Positions 15,705 through 27,550 of a stretch of DNA of 64,000 nt are shown here, in pieces. The position numbers were made by a program, and so were the translations under genes. The stretch's first letter is position 1. Each line of letters starts with the position of its first letter. The stretch is from the human T2T-CHM13v2.0 reference genome, Homo sapiens. The stretch is taken from the NCBI RefSeq assembly GCF_009914755.1, contig NC_060934.1; one strand, given 5' to 3'. The notes beneath the pieces are model-generated. The model was not told where the DNA came from. It searched no databases and worked only from the letters and a program-made list of their open reading frames with translations.

Positions 15705-16299
15705 CAAAGTAATTTTATTCATTGCCCATTTAGCCAATATAGAAAAACATGGCTTGCTGTGACTAGTTGGATTACCATGGTCATTCAGGTAGAGTATTGT
15801 TTTCTTGAATTTCCATGTCTAATATCATTGAATGTATGGTTCCATTGTATTGCATACAACATAATTAACAAAAAGAAATGACAATTGTATAAAATGGAAA
15901 GAAACTAGAATCTAAATGAAATGACATTCCCTTCTGAAAGTTGTAGATAGAAAACTTCTCCAGCATCTGTTATGGAAATATGGAAACTGGTATTTTTAAA
16001 TGCAGTGTGAAATGTAAAATAAGAGACAAAATGTGGTTAGTCCGTATTTGAGGAGCATTGCCTGTCAAAATAACACTTCTAGAAAGAAAATCATTTTGAA
16101 AGGGTACCCCTTAGAACACTGCTACTTTCAATCAATAGCATATTTAGTATCCATACAACCTTCAACACCGCAAACCTATAACCCTAAGAGCACTCGGTAG
16201 GAACAGAAGAAGGAATGCTCTGTTCAGTTTGAGATTGAGAGGGTCCATAGCAAACAGGTAACTTCCAGACTGTGGAAAAGTGAGTCAGGATAAGCAAAG

Positions 16300-17388
<1,089 letters not shown>

Positions 17389-17940
17389 TAACAGCTGCTG
17401 ATGTGAACTTCAGAAGAAATCATCAAGCAGTGAGGAATGGGCTTAGCATGGAGTACCTATTCCCTGGGAGTAACTGCAGGACCATATTTTAAAAAATAAC
17501 ATCAGGGCACAATCTACTAACAGTCAATCAAGCAATGAAGACCACACTTTTCAGGGAGAAGGAGTGTGCCTGCAGCTAGCTTCGGCCCCCACATTCTACC
17601 TGTGTAGACAAGTAGAGTCTACACCCGGGCCATTGAAGCGCCCTCCTCTGCCCATCAGTTTCTCTAAGAGATGTGCTATTCTTGTTTGAATCACATGGCT
17701 CGGACCCATAATCACATTTTATGAAGATGTAGAAAATTACATTTTTTTCTTCAAACTTTCCCTCTTTCTATCTGCCAACAGCGATAAATGTTCCAACTGC
17801 AGTCATCAAAGAAACAAGCTTTAAGCATGTGGGAAATGGCAAGTGTGCCGGAGGAGGTAGTGAAAAAAAAAAGTGCAGAGGAAACAGACTCAGCTGAGAC
17901 CTTAGGGCCATCCAGGGACGGGTTCAAGTTTCATGGGGCC

Positions 17941-18307
17941 TGTATTAGTGTGTTTTCACACTGCTGATAAAGACATACCCGAGACTGAGCAATTTACAAA
18001 AGAAAGAGGTTTAATGGACTCATAGTTCAGCATGGCTTGGGGGGGCCTCACAATCATGGTGGAAGGTGAAAATCCTGTCTTGCATGGTGGCAGACAAGAA
18101 AGAATGAGAACCAAGTGAAAGGAGTTTCCCCTTATAAAACCATCAGATCTTGTGAGACTTATTCACTACCATGAGAACAATATGAGGGAACCACCCCCAC
18201 AATTCAATCGTCTCCCACTGGGTCCCTCCCACAACATGAGGGAATTATGGGAACTACAATTCAAGATGAGATTTGGGTGGGGACAGAGCCAAGGACAAAC
18301 TGTGTCA
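17941..18307 (-). mobile_element. THE1 (B/C-like) solo LTR
   Basis: TGTATTAGTGTGTTTTCACACTGCTGATAAAGACATACCCGAGACTG..GAGATTTGGGTGGGGAC; perfect 5-bp TSD GGGCC at 17936-17940 and 18308-18312. Confidence 0.96.
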
Positions 18308-19199
18308 GGGCCTAACACTTAAATTTAGCGACCCTCTTTAAGAATGTAATACAAATTTACAAAAATGAAATCAGGTTAAAAGTGAACACCTCTTTAAAAT
18401 GAGAAATAACAGGAAATTAAACATTTTATAAAACCTCAATAATCCTTAAAATAGCGTACGTATATCAATTACTAATTGTTCAACAAACCTCAATAAGACC
18501 CTTACTTCTACATGTTCATTTTTTTTTTAGCTGCATAGTCTTTGATCACCTTTTAATACAACAATCTTGTCTTCTTTTTTATGTGGAAAATGGAAAGGTA
18601 ATTCGGCCTTCCAGAATGGTTGACCAGAAACTGACAGTTACAAATATTATTATTATGAGTTCTTCCAACTTCACAACTTGCTATTGGTAATAGCACATAT
18701 ATTGAGGATTGTTGTTAAATTTGGGAAAACCTTTGCAAGTTTCTTTCATTTATGGGCTGTAAGATTTGGAAGATTTTTCTCTAGTAGAACTCCTTGCTTC
18801 ATATATTTCATATCCCGTTTTCTCTCCACTGTCCATACACATCTGGTGCTGGGTGCTGTTAGGATGTATGTGTGTCCTCATTTGACTCCTGCCCCCACAT
18901 CCTCTTGTCACAGTGCTAGAGGGGTTGACCCTGTGGGCATAGGCACAAGCCTGGATGTCCTCTGTAACCCAGGACGGCTGGCAAATACTCAACTGTGCAC
19001 AGAAGTAGCTGTGAAACAACTAATTGCAACTCAAGCTTCCCTAGGCTAGAACCCAAGAATGTGTGGGGTTATTCCAGTAACCCTAGAGGAGGTAAGAGAA
19101 AAGGGAAGGAAATAGGAGTGGAGAAAGGCAGCTGTCTTAATCTATTGTGGTCATAATACTTCACTTTAAATTTTTTTGTAAGCATATGGCCCTTTCTAA

Positions 19200-19312
19200 T
19201 AGGCTGGTTAATTATCCCAGTTTGCCCAGGACAGTCCCAGCCTCAGCACTGAAAGTCCGGCATCCTGATAAACCTCTAAGTGTCCGGCAAACTGGGACGA
19301 CTGGGCTCCCTG
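19200..19312. mobile_element. MER81-like hAT-Blackjack MITE
   Basis: TCCCAGTTTGCCCAGGACAGTCCC..AGCACTGAAAGTCC..GGCAAACTGGGA; inverted termini, ~113 bp. Confidence 0.8.
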
Positions 19313-19680
19313 CCCTGTAAACAAATTTCAAGGGCATTTCCCAGGGCCTTAGAAGGGGACTGTGTGGATGAAGAGTCCTGAAGCTCAGACTACTCAAGGT
19401 TCTTGCCAAATCAAACTCTAGTTCCAAACCTTTTCCTGCCAGTTGTTAGGGTGGTATTTTGGGAAATTCATCTTCTGAGTTTCCTTCTCCTTTAACACAT
19501 ATAAAATAGGGTTACTTGAAAGGACGGTGTGGATTTATAACTATAAAATGTCTTGAACAAAATGAGAATGCACCCCATAGGAAATGTTATCATAGGCTAT
19601 TAGTAACATCAGGATCCGAATGATTTCCTTGGGTACCTTGTTTCAATATTTTAATGTGAAGTTAGTGATAAAAATTTTTA

Positions 19681-19760
19681 AAAGCTAAATTCAGAATTTA
19701 ACTTTACAGTCAACTTTTAAGAAGTTAAATTCTGCATTTCACTTTACAGTCAACTTTTAA
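19681..19760. repeat. 40-bp tandem duplication (2 copies, 35/40 identical)
   Basis: AAAGCTAAATTCAGAATTTAACTTTACAGTCAACTTTTAA / GAAGTTAAATTCTGCATTTCACTTTACAGTCAACTTTTAA. Confidence 0.95.
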
Positions 19761-20783
19761 AAATCTCATCCGTGCCATATTTCGTGGGCTATTTCAAGGC
19801 ATCAGTATGTTGCGAAAAAAATTTCAGCATAAACACAGAAGCACAACAGCTAAATTAAGTTTTTATTAATTTTAGCACCTCAGAGAGAGTAGCAATGATA
19901 TGCTTTATACCAAAAGCAACTTTGGAACTAAAACTCTTAGAATTATTTGTTTAAAACAGGACGTCGAGAAACAAAAGGAATAAATTTGGGGGAAAACTAG
20001 AGTTGAAGACAGATGAATATCTATTTCAATTTATACTGCCAATGAATTTCCTCAATAATTTGAATGCATCATCCCCATGACGTTAAAGAAGTAGCTTCTT
20101 ATTTTTTGACTGAATTATATTCTGCTGTAAAAGAGACCCATTTGTCCTTGTTTGCATGGCTATGGTGATAATAAGTGGTCAGCATCTTCCTAGGATATTT
20201 AATGTATTTGTGAGCAATTATTCCCCCTCACCCTTCCTAGAGAAAGTTAAACAACATTCTGTGTTTTCAGCATTTATTAGAGCAGCAAGGGGTCATTCTG
20301 AATGTGAGCACCATGACAGATTACTAGCCACTGTATCTTCTGCACCTAAAATTCAGGAACACTCAATATACAGCCAGTGAACACATGCTCAATGAATCAC
20401 CCTGCACTAACTCGATGTATGAATTTGGATAAGTCACCAAACCTCAATGGATTTAATTCTTCCCATCTTTAAAATAAGGAAATTGGACTAGATTTTATTG
20501 AGTACCCAGTCTAGTTCTGAAAATTCTCTCAAATTAGAATTTATTTTTCATTCTTTACCCTAGATTCTTTCTGGGCAGCCAAAACAAGATACAAACCCTG
20601 AAAAGAGCTTGGTCCGATATATTCTCATGTCTTTTGTTATTGTCTTACAATGGCTCATGAAAGTCTTCTTGCTTTTAAAACGAAGGTGCTACGAATGTGG
20701 TCCACTCTCTAGCTTAGGTGTTTTGGTTTTGGTTTGTTTTTGGCTTGTGGGGTTTGTTTGTTTTTCTGCTAAACTGATTTCTA

Positions 20784-20784
20784 T

Positions 20785-20828
<44 letters not shown>

Positions 20829-20840
20829 TTTTTTTTTTTT
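20784..20840. repeat. (TTTC)n microsatellite plus T run
   Basis: Read directly. Confidence 0.98.
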
Positions 20841-22759
20841 GGACCATTTCCTATTGGTTTGTATACTTGATTACAGAGAGGTATCACATATGTCAAATAG
20901 GCAAAATAATGGATATTTACGATCAACATCTCCTAAAATACCCTGTATGTTGTTATGAACGAATAAGACAACTTAAGAGAAATACGTTGGGAATTTTTGT
21001 TTGTTTGTTTGTTTGTTCGTTGACTTGCTTGTTTGCTTGCTGGGTTGGTTGTTTTGATTCACAAAACAGTTCTTATATGGCAAGATGATTGAGTTAAGAG
21101 GAAAATAAAGAAAAAAAATGTCAGAGCTAATGTTTTTAGCTTTCCTAGTGGCTAAAGTGTGTTGATCATCAATTTTGCAGGACTCAGATACCAAGAGGTT
21201 TTACTAATAACACACAAAAATGAGAACACCAACACCAATCTGTTTAAGAAGGTTCATATAAATATCGATTGTTTGGATCGTGATGATTGGTACCCTGACA
21301 TACGATTTCCTAATACTGTAGGGATTGAAAGAGTCAATATGCCTTCCAAATGGCGCAACTTAATCTCACAGAAAATTACTCAAGCAGGATGAGCTGGCCC
21401 TATCTGTGTCATTATAAATTATAAATAAGTAATTAAAGATTAATTCTAAATCTCAGCAGACCCTATGACGGATGAGCCATCTGGTAGTTTCTGAGATGTT
21501 TCAGGAACCTTGGTACTTATATGTCCTAATCAATGGCAAGAGGAAAAAAGTATAAGTCTTGGCAATTTCTACTTTAATGTGTTTGTTGGTCTCATCTAAC
21601 TATCCGTCAAATGTTTGAAACGTTATCTTGTGGGTCTGTTTAATGGTTCGCATACTGTCCCTATAATTCTCTTTAATCCTTATTTTTGAAAAGCTATGAA
21701 GATTTAGGGGATTCTAGTACTTTATATTAGCCTTTTATCATCCCAAGTGTAATGAACATCTTTGCATGAGGAATTACTAAGTCATACCAAAAGATATATC
21801 TAGTATCTCACAGAGAATTATCTCTAAACAGCTCTTTCCTGGGCTACCTTATGTTCTCCTTATCTTGGGTAATACATTTTCTGCCAAGACTCAAAACTAG
21901 CAGAAAATTGTCTGGGAGTTATGACTTTCCTCTCCTGTTTGCTTTTCAATGCCCATACTATGGACAGCACGCAAGATGGAATACATTTGCGAAGTCATTT
22001 GGAAAGCCTCCAGCAAGGGGGGAAGCTTTTCCTATTTTCTTCCTTGTTCCATCCTCTGCCTGAATCCCCTTTGCTCTGAATAAATCATCTTGTCTCTTCC
22101 TCTTCTGTTTCCAGCCCCACCTTCTGGGTTTCCTCACTTGATGGCATGCTAGATTGGCATAAGAAACCTTGGCAGGTTCCCTGCCATACTGCCTTCTTAT
22201 TTTGACAACCTCTGAGTCAAGGTCAAAAGAAACACCCAGCTATAATCTAAGGGATTATTTTAAGAAGTGAAGACACAGTGCAAATCCCAGAAAGTAGGTC
22301 AGATCTCTCCCCAGCTAATGGACTTCCAATGGCCTCCTGCAATACTGAGAAGAAAAGGCAAACTCTTTGCACACCTGGGTCTCTGCCTACCGCTGCAGCA
22401 TCATCTGACATCAAGCTCAACAGCTCCAGCCACACACAGGGGATATAAAGAAATAGAAAGCTCTCACCCAGGTCTGCCACAGGTGGGACTGGGTTTGCAT
22501 GGAGTTCCTGGGGGTCCATTTGACACTACAGGTCAAATTCCCTGCTTTATGTATATTTTGACCCAAAGGTTTCACTTTTGCTTTTTATCCTAAAGAAATA
22601 ATCAGTGGTTTGTGAAGAGATAGATGAACTAGGTTAGGGTATGTGGCAACATCTTTTATAGTAATTACCAGTTTAAAACCCTTTAGATGTTTAACATAAA
22701 AGAAATTAGTTAAATATGCTGCCATACATTCATATTTCTGTAGCCATTAAAATAGTGTC

Positions 22760-23478
22760 TTTAAATGTAGGATGTACATAGTGGCTTCCTTCCAAAGAAT
22801 ATGGTATGAACAAAATGGCAAAAGAGTGACTTGACAGCGGAGAAGCCTGACAAACACTCCCTTGGCCAGGTGATCAACATCAGTATCAGCACTGATGAGT
22901 CATGCCAGGGCATGTACCCTTGGTATGACATGACGAGAATGCCTCTTTATCTTTGTGCTGTCCCTCCGCAAGCCTCACCACCCCAGTCTTTTCTTTCCAG
23001 CTTTATTGACCAATAAAAGTTGTATATATTTAAGACATACAACCCGAGGTTTTGAGCCATTATCCTAGTCTACCTTGAGAAAGACATCAGACAAATTCCA
23101 ATAGAGGGCCATCCTACAAAATACCTGACTAGTTCTTCTTAAAATCTTCAAGGTCATCAAACATAGGCAAAGTCCAAGAAACTGTCAAAGTCTAGAGGAG
23201 TTTAGGGAGACTTGATGACTAAACGTGATATCTTGGATGGGATCATGGAAGGGAAAAAGAACATTCGGTAAAAACTAAGGAAATCTGAACAAACCGTGGA
23301 CTTTAGTTAATAATAATGTATCAACTTTTATTCACTAATTGTAAAAAATATTCCATACTAATGTAAGATTGTAATAGTAGGAGAGACTGGGCATGGGGTA
23401 TATGGGAATTCTGTGTACTGTGCTACCAACTTTTCTGTAAATCTACAACTCTTCTAAAAATTAAAGTCTATTTAAAAG
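22760..23478 (+). mobile_element. L1MC1/2-type 3' end, containing a small antisense L1 3'-tip insertion at ~22991-23056
   Basis: GGAGAAGCCTGACAAACAC..CATCAGACAAATTCCAA..AAGGTCATCAAA..TTTTCTGTAAATCT. The insert is flanked by CACCACCCCAGTCT / CATTATCCTAGTCT. Confidence 0.85.
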
Positions 23479-23872
23479 CACAGAATCGAGGCTACAGGTG
23501 TATATGTATTTATACAAAATATGTTACCAACTTATTTTTAAGTGAAAAAAAATCACCAAATAGAATCTGACGATAACAAAAATGATATATGTTTATATGT
23601 ATTCATATTATATATTAGTAGATGCATATATATGTCTATAGAAAACTCAGGACAGATGAATATTAACAAAACAGTGAGATTATAAGGTTTTTATGCTTAT
23701 TTTATAATGTTTGACAATGATTATTTACATAATAAAATTTGTTTAATTGGTTTTGTTTGATGTTTCATTGAAATCTTCCAAATGTTTAAATATACAAGTG
23801 CTAATCAATGATCAGTTGGAGACAGGGAAATTGCAACAGACATTATTGCACCATATATACCATTTTTGGGCA

Positions 23873-24200
23873 TTTTAATTTTGAAATAATTTTAGACTTA
23901 CAGAAAAGTTGCAAAAAATGGTAGAGTTCCCATATTCCCATCATCCAGCTTCCCATAATGTTAGTATCTTACATAATCATAGTGAAAGGATCAAAGCTGG
24001 AAAATTAACGTTCATAAAATACTATCATTCAAACTACAGAACATATTCATATTTCACCAGTTTTTCCACTGTTGCCCTTTTCTCTTCCAGAAAGCAATCC
24101 AGGATCCCACAAAGCATTTAGCTCTTATGTCTCCTTAGTTTCCCCCAATTTTTGTAACAGTTCCTTAGCCTTTCCTTGTCTTTTAAGAATGTGACAGTTT
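23873..24200 (-). mobile_element. L1MC4-type 3' end (first part)
   Basis: TTTTGAAATAATTTTAGACTTACAGAAAAGTTGCAAAA..CCAGGATCCCAC. Confidence 0.8.
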
Positions 24201-25660
24201 CAATCACAGCCACCCTAACAGTTGTGAGGTGGTATCTCATTGTGGTTTTCAGTTGAATTTCCCTGATGATTAGCAATGTTGAGCACCTTTTCGAGACTGT
24301 TGGTCATTTTTACTCTTCTTTGGAAGTATGTCTATTTAGGTCCTTTGCCCCCTTTTTAATCAGGTTATTTGTTTTTGTTATTTTTATTTGTTGTTTGTTT
24401 ATTTGCTATTTAGCTGTGTGAGTTCCTGACATATTTTGGATATTAAGCCCTTATTAGATACATGGTTTGCAAATATTTTCTCTCAATTCATAGACTGTCT
24501 TTTCATTGTGTTGATTGTTTCCTTTGCTATGCAGAAGTTTCTTTAGTTTAACGTTTGTTTATTTTTGCTTTTGTTGCCTGTGCTTTTTTTTTTTTTTTTT
24601 TTTTGCCTGTCCAAAAAATCATTACCAAGGCCAATATCAAGGAGCTTTTCCCCTGTGTTTTCTTCTAGTAGTTCTACCATTTCAAGTCTCATCTTTAGGT
24701 CTTTAATTTATTTTCAAATGATTTTTGCATAAGGTATAAGATAAAGGTCCAGTTTCATTATTTTGCATGTGGCTATCCAGTTTTCCCAGCACCACTTATT
24801 GAACAGACTATCCCTCACTCAAAAAGAAAAGAGATAGCAAGTGTTGACCAGTGTGTAGATAAAAGGGAACTCTTATACACAGTTGGTAGGAGTGTAAATT
24901 GGTGTAGCCATTATGGAAAATGGTATGGAGGTTCCTCAAAAAATTGAAAACAGAACTGTCATGGTAATCCAGCAATACCACTTCCAGGTTTATCTCCCAC
25001 TCCATGTACCCGCCCTCCCAAAAAAAAGATGTCAGCACCTTGCAGAGATATATGTACTCCTGTGTTAACAGTATTTACAATAGTCAAGATGTGGAAACAA
25101 CCTAGAGGCCCATTGTTGAATAAATGGATAAAGAAATATATGTATGTATATATCATACACACTCAATGGAGTATTAATCAGCCTTTAAAAAGAGATACTG
25201 CCATTTGTGACAACATGGATGAAACTGGAAGACATTATGCTAAGTGAAATAAGCCACAGAAAGAAAAATACTGCATGATCTCACTTAGATATGCAGGATT
25301 TTTTTTTAAGTCGATTACATAGAAACAAGGAGTATAGCACTGATGACCAGGGCTGGAGAAGGTAGGTAATGAACAGACACTGGTCACAAGGTACAAATGT
25401 TTAGTAAGGCAGAATTCATAATTCTAGGGATCTAATACACAGCAGGAGGGCTATAGTTAACAATACTGTATTGCATACTAATAATTTGCTAAGAAACTAG
25501 ATTTGTAGGTGCTCTTACCACTAAAAAAAAGTTAGCTATAAAAAGTAATGGATATGTTCATTTGTTTACCTGTAGGAACATTTCACTGTGTATATGTGTA
25601 TCAGAACATCATGTTGTATACCTTAAATACACACAATAAAATCAACTTTGTAAAAAAAAC
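24201..25660 (+). mobile_element. L1MA (MA6-8-like) element, 5'-truncated with 5' inversion (antisense ~24201-24819, sense ~24820-25660)
   Basis: Antisense ORF2 piece (GGTATCTCATTGTGGTTTT..CAGTTTTCCCAGCACCAC), then sense ORF2 end and 3' UTR ending AATAAA; TSD AAGAATGTGACAGTTT / AAGAACTTGACATTTT. Confidence 0.9.
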
Positions 25661-25661
25661 A

Positions 25662-25948
25662 GGCCGGGTGCGGTGGCTCACACCTGTCATCCCAGCACTT
25701 TGGAAGGCCGAGGCAGGCAGATCACGATGTCAACAGATCGAGACCATCCTGGCCAACATGGTGAAAACCCATCTCTTCTAAAAATACAAAAATTAGCTGG
25801 GCGTGGTGGTGGGCACCTGTAGTCCCAGCTACTCAGGAGGCTGAGGAAGGAGAATTGCTTGAACTCGGGAGGGAGAGGTGCGCCACTGCACTCCAGCCTG
25901 GCGACAGAGAGAGACTCCGTCTCAAAAAAAAAAAAAAAAAAAAAAAAA
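25662..25948 (+). mobile_element. AluSc-like SINE in the L1 poly(A) tail, with small right-arm deletion
   Basis: GATCGAGACCATCCTGGCCAAC and CAGCCTGGCGACAGAG; GAGGT joined to GCGCCACTGC. Confidence 0.95.
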
Positions 25949-25949
25949 G

Positions 25950-26510
25950 AACTTGACATTTTTGGAGAATACTCATCGGTTGTTTTGTAGTATCACCCTC
26001 ATTTAGAGTTTGTCTGATGTGCTCTCCTGATTAGAAGACAGCTATGGGTTTTGGCAAGAATGGCATAGAAAGGATGCTGCCTTCTCAGTGCTTCAAATCA
26101 GTGTTCAACAGGCCAGTATGCCTTATTATTAGTGAGGTTAACTTTGGTCACTTGGTTAAGGCCTTGTCCACTCAGTATCTCCACTTAGAAAGTTACTATT
26201 TTTCTCTTGAAATTACTTGTCATAGGGAAGATAGTTTGAGACTATGCAAGTATCCCGATTCCTCCTCACAATTTTGCCCTCTAATTTTATAATCCATTTG
26301 GTGGTTCTTGTCTACAACAATTGTTACTGTGTTGTTTGTCTAATGGTGATTTCTCTATTTCATTCTTTCTGTAATTATTAATTGAAATTCTTAAGTAAGA
26401 GATGTTCCTTCTCCCTTTTTAGTGCATTTATAACAGTATGAACCCATGCTGTTCTATGTATTATCTAATACTACCATTATTTATTTTATTGCTGAAATTA
26501 TTCCAGCCTT
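25950..26510 (-). mobile_element. L1MC4-type 3' end (continuation)
   Basis: TTGACATTTTTGGAGAATACT..GTTTGTCTGATGT..TTAACTTTGGTCACTTGGTTAAGG. Confidence 0.8.
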
Positions 26511-26518
26511 CCCCTGAA

Positions 26519-26720
26519 CAATTTCCTCATTTAAGGTAATTGATAGGTTCTTGGAAACTGCAACTTGAAGTGAAATGTCAAGTCTTCAGATAACTTAGTT
26601 TCATTCAATGTCATTTCATTATACTGTTAATGAGAAAAAAATTTTGGTTTTGTTAACCATGTTTCACATAAAGTCATAGTTTCCAAGAACCTATTAACAA
26701 GGTTAAATGAGGACTTACTG
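26519..26720. mobile_element. MER6B-like TcMar-Tigger MITE
   Basis: Long inverted repeats ATAGGTTCTTGGAAACT / AGTTTCCAAGAACCTAT; terminus GAGGACTTACTG followed by TA. Confidence 0.85.
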
Positions 26721-26777
26721 TATAGTCAAATTTATCCATACACCCTTTTCTCCACCATCTCCTTACAATACTCTTTT

Positions 26778-27038
26778 GGGTGAGTGCTGTGGTTCATGCC
26801 TATTATCCCAGCATTTTGGGATGCTTAGGTGGACAGACTGCTTGAGCTCAGGGGTTCAAGAACAGCCTCAGCAACATGGCAAAACCCTGTCTTAACAAAA
26901 AATACAAAAGTTAGCCAGGCATGGTGGTGCACGCTGGTGGTCCCAGCTGCTCAGGAGGTTGAGGCAGGATGATCCAAGATAGCACCACAGTACTGCAGCA
27001 ACAGAGCAAGACTTTGTTGCAAAAAAAAAAAAAAAAAA
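26778..27038 (+). mobile_element. AluJ-type SINE with right-arm deletions
   Basis: Diverged dimer with A tail. Confidence 0.9.
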
Positions 27039-27432
27039 GAACATTTTTACTCAGGTGAAATTAACTTGGAATAAGTCAAATTAGAAGAAAAGTGATAAAA
27101 GTTTTCAACTTGAAATTGTTAGAGATAAGGCCAGTGCTTATTGTGGCTTACAGCATGGCTTGGTCTCTGCCTGGCTGGCTAGCCAGCCTCACCTTTTGAC
27201 AATCAGGGCAATTTTCTCCAACCTAGTTAGGACCTTGTACCTCACTAGAAATGTGCATTAAGGGAGGATTTGTGATCTCTATTAACAAAAGAAGAGAGTG
27301 GCATCTTCATGAGAAGGAGAAATTCGTGTTATGTTCTTTGAACTGAGGTTGGATTCTCAACTTTATGGAGAAACATTTTGTAAGTTACATATAGGCATTT
27401 CTGTCTTTGCTTTCCTGGTATCTCATTGCTAC

Positions 27433-27550
27433 ATTCATTTATTCATTGACTTAACACTTTCTGAGCACCTACTATGTGCCTAAGGCTGTTCCCAGTTGAG
27501 GCTAAATGATGAAGAAAATGATATTAGATCCCACAGAGTTTACTTTGTTG
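27433..27550 (-). mobile_element. L2 3' fragment
   Basis: CATTCATTTATTCATT..CTGAGCACCTACTATGTGCC. Confidence 0.75.

Larger units (their letters stand above)
17913..19420 (-). mobile_element. Zaphod/MER115-type hAT-Tip100 DNA transposon fossil
   Basis: Terminus CAGGGACGGGTTCAAGTTTCATGGGGCC..ACCCTCTTTAAG. Minus strand ~18731-18660 reads VFPNLTTILNIC/LLPIASCEVGR (one frameshift), like the hAT C-terminal dimerisation motif. Other end CCCAGGGCCTTAGAAGGGG..CCTGAAGCT. Confidence 0.8.

Noticed and set aside
20609-21194. 159-aa hydrophobic ORF and overlapping Lys/Asn/Gln-rich ORFs
   Set aside because: Their composition comes from the (TTTC)n and (GTTT)n microsatellites.
21280-21300. TGATGA...CTGA as a C/D-box snoRNA
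   Set aside because: The boxes are only ~8 nt apart and there is no terminal stem.
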